Virus record (IMG/VR): IMGVR_UViG_3300002131_000090
Coordinates: 64,001 to 128,000 of that record
DNA length: 64,000 bases
DNA from: a virus
Reading direction: 5' to 3' (one strand)
This document shows positions 38,692 through 52,100 of this stretch, in pieces. The position numbers and the translations under genes are program-made. The stretch's first letter is position 1; each line of letters opens with the position of its first letter. The notes below the pieces were generated by a model. That model was not told the origin of the DNA. It made no database searches and saw nothing but the letters and a program-made list of their open reading frames with translations.

Positions 38692-40497
38692 TTAAACACT
38701 AGAAACTAATTCTTGATCATATAGCCAAACATTTGCTCCATTTATAATAAATCTTTTTAGAGATCTTGTTGGTACAAAGGATACAGATTCACTTACATTA
38801 CTAAAACTAACGTCTTGTATAACACTTTGATTTTCTGTACCATTTTTATCAACTGCAACAGTAGTTTTTGCAAGTCCATCGCCTGCATTATACAAAATTG
38901 TTCCGCTGTAACTTACGCAATGAACGTATGCATAAACACCAGTATTTCGTGCTGCTGCTGGATATAAATCTTCTAATACTAAAGCAACATCGCCGTTAGT
39001 TAATCCAGTAATATCTAAATACAAAGATACATCTTGATTTAACGTTGTTTCGTCTACATACTCTTTTGTTGCAACAGTGTTAGGATCGTCACTTACATCT
39101 GGTGTAGCAACTCCTAGTATTTTTCTAAATCCGCTGATTGTAATATCACCTGAGCTTGTAATAGTTAACGGATTGGTTGTTGTTATTGTTGTCCCATTTA
39201 AATTTATGTTATCAACGTCTAAACTTGTAAGTGTACCAATTGAAGTTAATCCAGAAGCAGTTGTTACTCCTGCTCCTAATGCAGTTGAACTTAATACAAT
39301 AGCATTGTTAATCTTATAACTATGCCCAACTGGTAAATCAAAGTTAGCAGAACTTGTCCAGTTACCAGTACCGCCTGTGTTTAACCATGTAATACTTTTG
39401 TCATCACCGGTTGCTCTAACAACTATACCAGCACCATTAACACCTACGTCATCTAAAAGTACACTATCAGAAGTAATTGCTAATTCAATTAGCTTGTCTT
39501 CAACACGCAATGTACTTACATCAATACTGGTTGTGTCACCTTCAACAATAAAGTTTCCAGTAACTCTTAGGTCACCTGTAACATCTAAACTGTATTGAGG
39601 ATTACTTTGCCAAATACCAACTTTAGTTTCGCTGTTATCCACTGTTATAACATCAACCGGAAACAACCCTTGCTTTATTTGAATTTTCAAATCTGCTGCA
39701 GAGTTTTGTGTTTGCATAAACACAGTATTGCCAGATACACTTACTTTAAAATCACTGTCGTCACCTACTACAAATCCAGTGTCGTTTTTTACATGCAGTG
39801 TTCCTGTAGTAGTATTATTCGTTGAGGTCTTTAAAAAGTTATCAGGTGTATACGGATTACTGGCTCCATCTAATAACGAAAGTGCAGTTGAGGCAGTTCC
39901 GTAATATCTAAAATTAGCATAAGCAGTACTTATATTAATACCTGCATTAATAGTTGTACCAAAATTTGTAATTGTAGTCGCTGCTGTAAATTCTACTTTA
40001 CTAATGATTGCAATTGCTGTGCCGCCGATCATTAGTCTAGCAACTGTTCTTTCATTACCACTTATATCAATTATAGTTTGTACATCAAATCCAGTAACAC
40101 CTTGTCCGTATGTATAAATTGGACCTGCTAGAATAGTTTGAGTGCCATCACTAAAACTAACTTGTTTATTTGTAGAATCAACCCATATGTCACCTGCTAA
40201 CAATGCCGGTGCTGTTGCACTAACTATAGTAGTATCCGCAGAACGAAATACTAATCCGTTATATACTTTTAATCTACCTTCGCTAGAATCGTACCATAGT
40301 TGTCCTGTGATAGGATATAATGGTTCGGATGTACTAGCAAAATTTTCTAATAATTTAACAAAGTTTTCGTTAAAATCTTCACCATATCCTGTATAGTTTT
40401 TTCCTACTAATGTTAAATCGGTACTAGCTTGATCAATTCTTCCATCGATTAATTCGACTAACAACGTCCCGTCTGTTTTATTAATTGTATAGCTCAT
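38692..40497 (-). CDS. Tail fibre/baseplate-associated structural protein
   Basis: Same N-terminal domain as 37198 and 40497; fibre-like VGIWQSNPQYSLDVTG, VEDKLIEL, VATKEYVD. Confidence 0.75.
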   Translation of the reverse strand: MSYTINKTDGTLLVELIDGRIDQASTDLTLVGKNYTGYGEDFNENFVKLLENFASTSEPLYPITGQLWYDSSEGRLKVYNGLVFRSADTTIVSATAPALLAGDIWVDSTNKQVSFSDGTQTILAGPIYTYGQGVTGFDVQTIIDISGNERTVARLMIGGTAIAIISKVEFTAATTITNFGTTINAGINISTAYANFRYYGTASTALSLLDGASNPYTPDNFLKTSTNNTTTGTLHVKNDTGFVVGDDSDFKVSVSGNTVFMQTQNSAADLKIQIKQGLFPVDVITVDNSETKVGIWQSNPQYSLDVTGDLRVTGNFIVEGDTTSIDVSTLRVEDKLIELAITSDSVLLDDVGVNGAGIVVRATGDDKSITWLNTGGTGNWTSSANFDLPVGHSYKINNAIVLSSTALGAGVTTASGLTSIGTLTSLDVDNINLNGTTITTTNPLTITSSGDITISGFRKILGVATPDVSDDPNTVATKEYVDETTLNQDVSLYLDITGLTNGDVALVLEDLYPAAARNTGVYAYVHCVSYSGTILYNAGDGLAKTTVAVDKNGTENQSVIQDVSFSNVSESVSFVPTRSLKRFIINGANVWLYDQELVSSV

Positions 40498-42503
40498 TAA
40501 AAGACTCCATGAAAGATGATATAATTGACAGTTGTAAACGGTGGCACGGTAGTAAATTCATCTTGAGAACTGAATCCTTCGATGCTACCTGTTCTTATAA
40601 TACCAGTGCCTGGATCTCCGCCAACTGCATTTGTAGTAGTAGTAGCAGAATCAGTCACCGAAGTTAATCCTGATGTTGCAAGGAACGGAGTTCCGGCATC
40701 GCCTTCTAAAGTATGATAGTGGTCTGGTAGTTGATCAGGTGTAATTAATGCACTCTCATCGCCGCCTACGTTACCAATAGTGTTAACACCTACATCGTTT
40801 AAAACGCGAGTTCCAGCTGACGCTGCGCCAATCCAACCTAATGGAAATCTTCCTCGCATATCAGGAGCTTTAAATAATAATGACGGTGACGATGACGTAC
40901 CAAACGAAGCACCTATGACAGTATATAATGCATTATATGTTGCTATAGTATATTCTGCTCCATCACATAAGAACCAACCTGCCGGTGCAGTTGTTCCGCC
41001 CCACATAGATATCATTCCTACTGGCGTTACAGGACCTACTGCAGAGTTTGGTATTTTACTAACTAGATTAGTTTGTGTAATTCTTTTAAGTGTGCCGGCA
41101 TTATTAATTAATACTTCGTCAGTTGTTAGAACTGTTGTAGCTAATGTCTTTCCAGTAAAGAAGCTATCGTTTAATGATGTAGTAAAAGTTTTTGTAGTTC
41201 CACCAGTCTGTCCATCAAATGTGAAGCTACTAGCACTTACATCGCCAGTTAATGCAAATGTAGTCGGACTCGAAAGTTTTCCTGCAGTAGCAGCAGCACC
41301 TGTTATACTCCCTGCTAATGACCCAACAAATGATCCGTAAAAGTTGTTTGCATAGACATTGTTAAATTTAAGTAAGTTAGTTCCTATACTTGTAGTTTGA
41401 GTTGTTTCTGGTAAAATATTACCAGACACCGTAGTTGTTCCAGTTATATCAATTGCACCGCCAACTACAATATCTTGAGCAACGCCAATGCCGCCTTTAA
41501 CAACTAATGATCCAGTGCCAATGCTAGAGCTATTAGTAGTGCTATTAGCTGTGATAGTGCCAGATGCATATATATTTCCAACAACGTCAAGTGCTTCGGT
41601 TGGGATTTTAGTAGGCGAGCCTATTGCTACTTTAGTGTCATTAAATATTCTTAATGCAGTAGTTGCAGTTCCACTATTGTTTACTTTAAAGTCAATGTTG
41701 CCATCGCTGGTTGTATTTCTAATTTCTGCAGTACTTCCGGAAACAGACAGCGATAGAGTTGAATTTTCGCCAATTGAAACTCCACTATTAGTTGATACTT
41801 TTAACAGTTGAGTTAATACGTTTGCTGCGTCTAATCTAGCAAAAGCTGCTCCGTTATAGGCAGTACCTGATACTAGTAATTGTTCAGATTTTTGAGATGT
41901 ACCGTAGTACTTATAACTGCTACTAACGTTAACACCTGCACTAATTGTAGCAAAGCCACTTATAGCAGCTTTTGGCGTAAAGCTAGTTGAACTTATAATT
42001 GATACTGGAGTACCGTCTGAATAATTTATAATTATAGGAATGTTTACGTTTTCTGTACTTGCTATAGTTTCAAATTGCGCTCCTGTAGTATTGCCTTCTG
42101 AGTATTCTGGTCCTACTAAAACCCAGCCACTTCCGCTGTATAGATATAATTGTTGAGAACTTGTATTAACCCATAGGTCGCCTACAACACTTAATGATGC
42201 ATCTGGCGCCGATGTTGCTTTTTTTAATCCACCTGCACTTATCCATTGTGCCCCTGTGTATATTTTAAGTTGATCAACACCGTCGGTGTTATCATACCAT
42301 AGTTGACCTTCTACTGGATTAATTGGGCTATTATTATTAGCAAAATTTTCCAATAGATGCAAAAAGTTTTCTAAAACCACAGTTCCGTAATCAGTAAAAT
42401 TACGTCCAGGTAGTCCTAGACTAGTCTCTACATTTAGAGTAGTATCTTCTACTGTAATAGATCCTTTATTAACACTGTCGGTAAAATTTACTGTATATGC
42501 CAT
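40497..42503 (-). CDS. Tail fibre protein with tail-collar domain
   Basis: PVGMISMWGGTTAPAGWFLCDG...YNALYTVIG...PDMRGRFPLG...VNYII is the phage tail collar signature; shared N-terminal domain. Confidence 0.85.
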   Translation of the reverse strand: MAYTVNFTDSVNKGSITVEDTTLNVETSLGLPGRNFTDYGTVVLENFLHLLENFANNNSPINPVEGQLWYDNTDGVDQLKIYTGAQWISAGGLKKATSAPDASLSVVGDLWVNTSSQQLYLYSGSGWVLVGPEYSEGNTTGAQFETIASTENVNIPIIINYSDGTPVSIISSTSFTPKAAISGFATISAGVNVSSSYKYYGTSQKSEQLLVSGTAYNGAAFARLDAANVLTQLLKVSTNSGVSIGENSTLSLSVSGSTAEIRNTTSDGNIDFKVNNSGTATTALRIFNDTKVAIGSPTKIPTEALDVVGNIYASGTITANSTTNSSSIGTGSLVVKGGIGVAQDIVVGGAIDITGTTTVSGNILPETTQTTSIGTNLLKFNNVYANNFYGSFVGSLAGSITGAAATAGKLSSPTTFALTGDVSASSFTFDGQTGGTTKTFTTSLNDSFFTGKTLATTVLTTDEVLINNAGTLKRITQTNLVSKIPNSAVGPVTPVGMISMWGGTTAPAGWFLCDGAEYTIATYNALYTVIGASFGTSSSPSLLFKAPDMRGRFPLGWIGAASAGTRVLNDVGVNTIGNVGGDESALITPDQLPDHYHTLEGDAGTPFLATSGLTSVTDSATTTTNAVGGDPGTGIIRTGSIEGFSSQDEFTTVPPFTTVNYIIFHGVF

Positions 42504-42507
42504 TTAA

Positions 42508-43119
42508 TTATACTCCATTTAGTCCGCTAAGACTTTGTATTCTTACAGTATAATCAATTTGAATTAATCTATTCAAACTCTTTTGTACTGGGTGGAAAAT
42601 AACATGAGTGATCAATCTGCCATCGCCGGATGCATTATAACTTCTTAAACCTAGTTCATCAAATACAAACTCCGAGTCTGTATTAGCCGAAGTATCAAAC
42701 GCTTGTTGGCCGTTTGGTTCGCTATAATCTAGTAAACAACTTACTACAATGTCGGTATAATTTGTACCAGGTACGTGTCTTATTTCCGTTTTATTTCTAT
42801 ACGGATCTGTGTTGTTTACACTTCTATCATCAACAATCTTTGCATATGTTTGGTTATAAAGACTACTGTTTGTTCCAGTAGTATTTGGAGTTAAGTACGT
42901 AATTATACCAGTAGGATCGACACTAGTACCTCCGTTGCCAAACGACATCTGATATATGAACCCTTGACCTGCGTTGCTTAAACTCTCAGCTAGGGCCACA
43001 CTCATATTTTCGTAATGAATTGCATTACGTTTGTTAATGAATATCTGTTTGCTCAAAGGGTCATATATTTTAATATGCCCTTCAATATGTATTCCGTTGT
43101 AATCTTTAAAGTCTGTCAT
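42508..43119 (-). CDS. Baseplate/fibre-attachment structural protein
   Basis: MSFGNGG, FVFDELGL, LITHVIFHPVQKS...IDYTVRI; position within the baseplate module. Confidence 0.65.
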   Translation of the reverse strand: MTDFKDYNGIHIEGHIKIYDPLSKQIFINKRNAIHYENMSVALAESLSNAGQGFIYQMSFGNGGTSVDPTGIITYLTPNTTGTNSSLYNQTYAKIVDDRSVNNTDPYRNKTEIRHVPGTNYTDIVVSCLLDYSEPNGQQAFDTSANTDSEFVFDELGLRSYNASGDGRLITHVIFHPVQKSLNRLIQIDYTVRIQSLSGLNGV

Positions 43120-43137
43120 GTTTTATACCTTATACTG

Positions 43138-43144
43138 TATTTAT
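43138..43144 (-). promoter_or_regulatory. TAAATA late-type promoter motif overlapping the upstream stop codon
   Basis: ATAAATA 18 nt upstream of ATG 43119. Confidence 0.55.
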
Positions 43145-46100
43145 TTAGGTAAGCTGATTGTTGCGCCGCGTAAGAATCTGCTTATTGCATTATCCGATTG
43201 TGCTAAACTATTATTACCATTGTTCCATATTTTTCCTGTTTTTCTAACAATTTTAACGTCTATTCCTGCATCTGGTGTAGTACTTAACAATACATCGTTC
43301 CCTGATATTGTAAATTCGGGTTCTAATGTAACTGTTCCTTTGTTACTGTTGTATCTATCAATATCTAATGATGGATTGTGTACGGTTAATGCAGTTTTTC
43401 TTAAACGTATACCTCCAACAAACACATCGATTTCATTTACATTAGTAGAAGCCATGTAATCTCTAAATGCTATCTGATAGCTGCCAGAACTACCATCAGA
43501 AATAGTTGTTTGCGATAAAATTACATCCGAATAGTTTATTGTTTCGTCAAGTCCTTGTCCGTATGCAACTGTTCCAACTGCATATACATTTCTAACACCA
43601 GTTCCGAGTGTACCTCTTCTTAACTGTGTTAAATCTCTTCCAGAAATTCCAAAGTACTCTATTCTTTCACCTTCAATGAATATAACTCCAGGAATATTTT
43701 TACTTGTGTTTGGTTGGAAAAGTCCGTCTGCACTTTCAAGACTTATTTTATGATCGTAGTAATTAAGAGATGATATTAATGCATAACCTTTATCTTGATT
43801 TAATCTCTTGTAATGAGTTCTGTCTAACATATCTTTAAATATTCTAAATCCAAACTTAGCAGTAGTTGGTGCGTTAGCAAATTGTAATACATCAATTATA
43901 TCGTTCTCTAAAGGCTTGTTTACTAGTTGTATAGCATCGCCTGCTGGTAATAGATAATAATCAATGTGCGGAGTTAGCAAGGTACCGTTTACCGAAACCC
44001 ATGCATACTCGGCACTGCTTATTGTACCGCGAAGTCTTACATAACCGCCAACTATAAGATTTCTTTGAATATAAGAGAACGTATCAATTGGCAGTGGAGC
44101 ATACCCTGTACTATCTTCTGGATTAGTAATACCAACTGTTCTGACTTTATAAGTAATTCTTTCAAACTGATTTACATCGTGATTACTGAAAGTATATATC
44201 TCAACTTCTTCTCCGCTTGAAGGAGCAATTGCAAATGTAACACTATCGCTAAGAACATATGATACATCTGTAATATAAGCATCGTGATTGACTTCTGAAT
44301 TACTCAAAAGAAGAATATTAAATTCTGTACTGTTGTATTGTGTAAACAACGCATGTATATCTTTACGATAACTTCTTACTACAACTGATGATTGACTAAT
44401 TGATTTAATTATTGCATTAACAGATGTTGCACTGCTGTCTATTGATTGTATAACAATTTCGTCACCTACATTAAATGTAGATGATATATTAATTTCAGAA
44501 CTGTCTATTGATTGTAAGTCTATTTGCGTATCAACAAAGTAGTATTCTGCATCGCCAATTACAAAAATATCAAGTTTTGTTCCTTGAGGTGCAACATCGT
44601 TTCTTAATAGAGTTATTCTTCCATTAATAGGATCCCATGTAAACTCTGTTCTTGTTAAACGTACACCGTCAGCAAATACTAAAACTTCAGCTTCGTCAAT
44701 TAAACTTATATCTTCAAATTGCCATTCCTCAATGTCATATGTTCTATGACTTTGTGTTGTGTAAGAAGTACTATAACCAGGATTAAGAATTGTATCGTTA
44801 ACTTTAACTAGAATTTTATGAGAGAACGGTTGACTTTCAAACGGAGCAGGATTAACTGTATGATAATCAGTTGTACCATTAGATTCAAACGTTCTATCAA
44901 TAACTACTTGACTATAAGTCTTAACTGTTGTACTATAGATACTATACTGGAAAAAGTCACCTTCTGCTAGGATACCTGGTTCAAAAACAATTTTAAGTCT
45001 GTTTGAAGCATTGTCTTCTGTTGTTGTAACTAGATAGTTGTAATCCACCCCACTTGTTTTTACAATTCCGTTTACTGTTAAAAATACAGATAAGCTGTCT
45101 GTCCATATTGCGCCAGTAATAAATGTTGTAGTGCTACCGTCTGACGTAAAGTAGTTTGTTTCAATTAGATTATTACCATTTGTACCTATTGTTGTAATAG
45201 CTAAACTGGATCCAATAGAAATACTACTGTCTGCAAACTCAAGTGTGTTATTCTCAAAATTCAAGTTATATCTGCTTGGATCTTGAATTACATTGTCAAG
45301 TTTTACAATTACAGATTCTGTTGTTTGTGCAATTCCAGGTAACCCAAATATTACAGTAGATCCATCTAAAAGAACGTAATTTGTAGTACTGATTACACCT
45401 ACGCCGTCGGAATCTCTATGATAAACTTTTATATCAAGGGTATCTACTATTTCTCCCGGAACAAGTTCTTCAGGACCTTTGCTTGTAGTTGGAGTAACAA
45501 ACCCATCGCCGTCAACTGTAATATCTTCAGTTAACAGTCCTGTAGCAGTTGTGTATGCTAGGTTGCCGCCGCCTAATGCAGTATCATAACTTGTGCTTGA
45601 TGGAGTATAACTTCCATCGCTTGTACTTTTTCTAATGATTACTATATCGCCGGCAAATGTTGGAACAAGGTCTTCGTCAATTGTAATTGTATCTGTTACC
45701 CCATCACCGACTATTGTTTCCAATACTGCATTTGGATTAGATAGCACAGTTGTTAAGTCATACTCTGGATCGTCAAGTCTAACTCCGTTTAGATAGAAGT
45801 TATATTCAACTCCGTCTTCTAATGCTTTAGATAGTTGGAATACTGTTGTACTGCCGTCAAGTACAAAGATTTCGTCTTCGTATGTGTTATCAAATGTATC
45901 CCACGGTGCAGCACCAAATAATCCGCCAAATCCTTGTTCGTTTCCAAATCCAATGCTATCAAATTTTACACCTGAATATTCAACGCCGTCCATCAGCTGT
46001 GCTAAATCTTTACCAGCCATTCCAGTTGTAGGATTATAGAAGAAGTTTATTCTGTCTGCAGCACTTAAGAAGCTAACATCTTTCATGTAGTAAACTTTAA

Positions 46101-49100
46101 TAACTGCTCCTACTGCAGGTGCTTTTACAAATCTAATACGACCGCGTTGCACATTATAACCAAGTGTTAAATGTGATGTGCCCGGACCTGCTGCAGTGTT
46201 TTGCAACGTGTCATAGTTAAATGATTCATCATCATATAACTTCTCTTGGTCAGTTGTAAAAGAATTAGAAACAGTATATGTACTACTTAATTGTAGAGTA
46301 TTATTAATGTAAACACTGTACTGATCAGTTCTAATATCAAGTGGCCACTTAGTATTAAAAGTGCGCTGGGAGCCAGTGCCGACAAATGTTTCGTATCCAT
46401 CTACATTTGGTTTAAGGTCAGTAACATAATAATTGCCACTAACTCTGTCAAACTTAATTGTAATATGTGCAGATCTAACCAGTGGATTTCCAAGTACCGG
46501 AGATACTTTAGCAGTATATCCGTTTGTATCAGGATCGGCAACAGTTACAGTTGGCGGAGTAATAAAACGCTCACCTCTTGTTATTAATTCAACTTGATAA
46601 ACAGCACCTTTTCTAACATAAGCTCTAGCAGTTGCACCATTACTTGGTGTTACTGTTACAGCTGGTGATGAAGTATAACCAGACCCGCCTTCAACTACTT
46701 CATATGATACAACATGATAACCGTTGTTATCTACCCAATTATCATAAGGAGAGTAAAGATATTTGTCAAGTATATTAGTTACAACACCATCCTGCACTGT
46801 TGCAATACTTGTTTCGATAATGTTAGTTTCTTCGTTGTAACTTGGAGGTAAATCAAAGTCAGTTGTTAATGAACCAGTTGGTTCAACATAAGTGTAACTA
46901 CTAATATATTCTCTCACCTTAGTACTGTAAGGTTTTACTTCGTTAACATAGTCTTGATAATTTTCTAAATTATCATTCTGGAATGTAAGTTCTTGACGGA
47001 AATCTCCAAGGTTATGTTTTGCTCTTACAAAACTTGTTTTGAATATCCAATCAATATTTGACTGTTCTGCAAATGCGTATCGTACACCTGCAAAGAATAG
47101 CTTGTTGTATTCTACTGCTAAGTCGCTTATAAAGATATCGTCACGTAGTGCTATAATTATATTTCTTAGTTCATATATTGGTTCTCTATCATAAAATGAT
47201 GTATCGTATATTCCGTTGTCAAATCCAGTAGAAACAGTATACAAATACGGACTAAGTTGTAAAGTTCCGTTTTGTCGTCCTACAGTACGATAATTAATTG
47301 TATAATCTTCTGTTAGCTGATCGTCAACTTTTTCTAATAATAGCCAGCCGCCGCTGCCTACGTTTTCAATTTTAACTATGTCACCAATAATATCATTTAA
47401 AGGATATAGTTTATAGCTCGAGTCTATTAAATGTTTAATTTCAGTTGAACTAGCGTATCCTTCGGCATACCAATCTGTATAACTCCAATAACGTGTAGTA
47501 TCATATGCTTGATTGCTAGTTCTGAACCATACTTGCTGTGCAGAATCCCAACTATAAATTGCCCAACGGTTTCCAATTTCAGAATCTGAACTTACTAATA
47601 CCGAGAATGGGCGAACTTCTAAAGCGGTATCTGGTGAATAGTTTTTACCTTGAGAACGTATATTAACACTGGTAACTTGCCCTAAATTGTTTATAGTTGT
47701 TTTAATAATAGCCCTAGAACCATAAGTGTCTGTTACAGTAACAACCGGAGAAACTTTATATCCTCTACCAGCATTCAGAATAGTAACATTTGTTATTTTT
47801 CCATTAACAACAGTAGGTTGCAACACTGCTTGAGAAAGTTTTGCAACTCCAAGAAATTGAAGTTGACTTACTGTATCTGCTGTAGTGTCATATTTTCCTA
47901 CGTTGATATTAGGAACTTCGTCTTTAAGTAACATACCTGTTAAGTTGTAGTTGTCAACAATTTGGTTTTCTGCAAATACAATATTAACTCTTTCAACAAA
48001 CTGTTTAAGTGCTTCTATTCTATTAACAAACATACTTTGTCTTGGAACATTTAAAATTCCATATTTTTGTTTTACAGTTAATCTAGTATCGGGCACTGGT
48101 TTATTATTAGAGTCGTAACCTATTAAACTGTCAAACCACTTTGTTTCTATTTCACTGTTTACACGACTTGTATCCAGTCCTTCTGTAATTAGCTGATATT
48201 CGTTGTGTGTATTTGATTGTAGTTCGTTATCTTTATAAAATCCAAAGTGTAGTATTGTGTTAGTACCTTCGACTAACCCTTTAGAGTTATATAATGCAAA
48301 CTTGTCTTTATCAAGTGGTGCAATAAATCTATATCCAAAGCCTGCAGGGTCTTCTATCAGTGCTGCAACTTGCTGCGCTGATAGTCTTCTGTTATTATTG
48401 TTTTGTGGTAATATTCTATTATTTTTAACCCAGAAGTAGTATTTTAAAACAGTTGTATTTTTTTCAACATCGTATGTATTTTTAAAACTAAAAATTGTAT
48501 CATCGTATAGCGGAAGCCCGCTGATTCCTCTTGAAATGCCTGCAGTTGTATCAGCTAATGCAGCCCATTCAGTTGGAGATACATCTGACCTTACCCATTC
48601 GTATACATCAACAGTTGACCCAACTGTTAGTTTATTCCATACAGAAGATCTATATTGTATATCGCCTTGGTACGGATTGTACCAACTAGCAGTACTCATA
48701 TCCCACCATAACATTCCAACGTATTTGTCTGTCCAATTAATCGAACTATCAACAGTAATGTCAGTAATGGTTCCTGATGCATTAACAGAATATGTTGCTG
48801 GATCGTAATGAGTTTTGAAACTTAATTCTTGTTCTGCCGGTCCTGCAAATTTTCCTTGACGTGGATCAATAATATCTAAGTTTAAAATTAAATCGCTTGT
48901 ATCGTTTGCATATAAGAAACAACGTTGTATTGCTGGTATGCTAACTTTGCCAGACTGTTGTGCAATATTCACCCAAGCATTGGCATTTTGTTCTGATCTT
49001 AAGTCTGCAAGAATACCAACAGAAGAGTTGTCAGTTATATTATATCCGTCTTCTAACGAAGAATCACCAACTAAGTTAAGATCAACTTTTGGTAAGCCTA

Positions 49101-52100
49101 TATATAAATGATTGTTTACTAATTTAAAATTACTTACATCATTAAATTTAATATTTCTATTATACGCTGCATCTTCTCCGTATATATAATAGTCATCAAT
49201 TTCTTGCCATATAGAAACTCGTCCTGAGTCCTTTATAGTAGTAATTAACTTAGTAGAATTACCATCAAACGTAGTAGGTGCTGCACTTTCTGCAGAAGTA
49301 TTATCAAATACATAAACAGAATATATATTAGCACCGTCTTCGTCTTTACCAACAACTACATTATAATTTAATTCAGTGTATCTGTCAAGTGTTGTATGAA
49401 TCTTTGTATCTGTGTTTTTTCCACTGATAGCAAGTTTATTTCCGTAAAAATCTAAACCAGTGCCAAATGCTTCGTTTGGTTCGTCAAACGGACTTTTTAA
49501 TGTTTGATTAAGTGTATATGTAGATACGTTATCTGTTGTAACTTGCTTATAAACATATACTACACCTTGATCAATGCCAGCATCGTCGTTAAGAGGAGCA
49601 CCAATAGCAATTTTTTCTCCTACTTCGTCAATAGCAACAACATAGCCAAAATCTTCTAGCGAATCGTCAGTGTCAATACTTTGGCTATAAGTCCATCTGT
49701 TATCAGTATGTCTGTATATTGTAACACGTTCGTGTGCTGCTGCATTATTTTGATCAGTTGAAGCTGGCATAACAAAAATGTCAGCAAGTTTGTTAACATC
49801 AAATATTTTACCTATGTTTGTTGCAGTAGAAAATAATGAGGCTTCCGAAGCTTCGATTGATAAATCGCCATGCGGTACATATCCAGTATGCTCTACATCT
49901 GTAACTACTTGCCAATCAGTGTTAATTGACGTTGGAGGCGAAACTCCTGCATCGATGTTTGTTAGTGCTTTATACAAAACATTAGACTCAAATACAATAT
50001 CATTAATATCGTATTTTGCATAATCACTGTAACTTCCTTTGAACTTTCTGTCTTTAGTATATGTCCATGCATCATCTGTATTGTCTAAAAAGTAAATTCT
50101 TCCTTGGTCAACAGCATCTTCGCCTGGAGCTCCAACAAACAACTTTGTTAAGCCAGTTGAAGTTTTTCTTAATTCAACCTTGTATCCAAATCTTTCATCT
50201 GTAGTCGGATTTGGACTTACAATACAATGCGATAGTTCGTATGTATTATCATCTATTCTGCGTTCATATAAAAATACTGCACCCTGATTTGTATAACCAA
50301 AGTCCGTATTTCCAAATTCTGATGTTTCATTTAAATATGCAGGGGCCCAGTCTTGATCATTTATATCAATAGTACTACTATCGCCCGATCCCCAACTAGC
50401 TATGTCAGTTAATGCTCTCCATAGAGTTCCTCTATCGTTTACAATGTCACCTATGTTATAAGATTTATCTGGTTCAACATAGCCTGCATAATAAGTTTTT
50501 GCATTACTTGCATTTGGTGCGCCAACAGCAATATACTTACCGTCTTCACTTATTGCAACGTCAAATCCATATTTGCTATCAACATCAATGGTTGAATTAA
50601 CTAACAACGTCTGGAATAAAGTTTTTTCTTGTGCTTCAACATTTCTAGTATAAATTCTTACACTATTGTCTATTGACCCAACAACAACCACAGCATTAGA
50701 ATCGTTAATGTCAAAACTGGTAGAGAACCCAGTGCTTGTTACATCTGGATTTACAATTTCTTGTTGTACTGAGAATACAGGATTATTAGTAAACACAGCA
50801 AACGATTCTTCGCCACTGTCTATCCATACAGTATCATCAAATTCTGAAGCAACTTGTTTTATATTTTGATTTAAGTCGTTTATATCAGTAAAGCGTCTTT
50901 TTACAAAACGTGAAACGTTTATTACTGTACTATCGTCACCTTCATCTGGTTCTGTAATCTCAGCTTGTGTAATGAATACAACTTCATTACCAACTACACT
51001 TTTAACTTTGTGGAACCCGTTAACACCATCTAGCCTGCTTCTAAGTCCTACAAGTTCATCTTCAACAAAATCTACAGTTGTATCAAAGTAAACTGTAAAC
51101 CCTATAAGATCTGTTGCATCAAACGTAGTTTCGTCTGGTAGTCTAGCAATAATGCTTTCAACATTATAGCCTGTGCTCACATGTCTAATTGCATTCCAGT
51201 TTTGTTTTTGATTTTTGATCCATACAAAATCGCCAATTTGTATGTCATCAATATTAAGATTTACTAATTGTTCTTCACTTTCAGAAACAAACGTAACGTC
51301 TTCGTTACGGCAGTATCCTGAATTTTTAGTAAAAATTGATTTATTAACTGTAGTTGAAAATAGTGCAGAATGGTCGTAATCAGTTGGTAACAAAACTGCA
51401 TCACTTTGTAAAAGTTCGTAAGTTAAATCTGTTCTGTTTACATTTGTATTATTAACTAATTCAAATAACTGAGGCTCAAGCCTATATTTTGACTCGTCAA
51501 GTTTAAATTCTACTTCTATATTGTTTTCTACAGAACCATACTGGCCTAATCGTATAGCCCATTCTTCGTAAAATTCTAAACTATCAGTGTTTGCACTACT
51601 TAAAGCATCAAACAATTTAGTCAAACTATTTTTTGTACCTTTGTCTTGAATAAATCCTTGATAGAACTTATATTGGCTTACACTATCTGTAATAATATTA
51701 CTTAGATAATTACGTTTTTGATATCCAATTAAATGCTGGCCTAGTCTTTGTTGCTCGGAATCAAAGTTGTCAGTATCTAGACTATAGAAATCTGTAAACT
51801 GATTTACTCTATAATCCCAGTTTGGCAATAGCTCAGGCTCTGGTCTGTCATTTAATATAGACCAGTGGTTTGCATCAAAGTATTCATTACTAGTATGTTT
51901 TACAGTTGATACATAATAGAATTCTTTATATTTTACTAGATCGCCTAATGAGTAATCAGTCCATATGCTCCATACTGTAACTTTTGCATCATCATATATA
52001 AATCCAGGAATGTTAAGACTACCGTTCCAGTTGTCAGTTCTATAACCCACAAGTTTTATTCTATCTTGTCTGTATCCAGTAATTTTATCAAATATTACAT

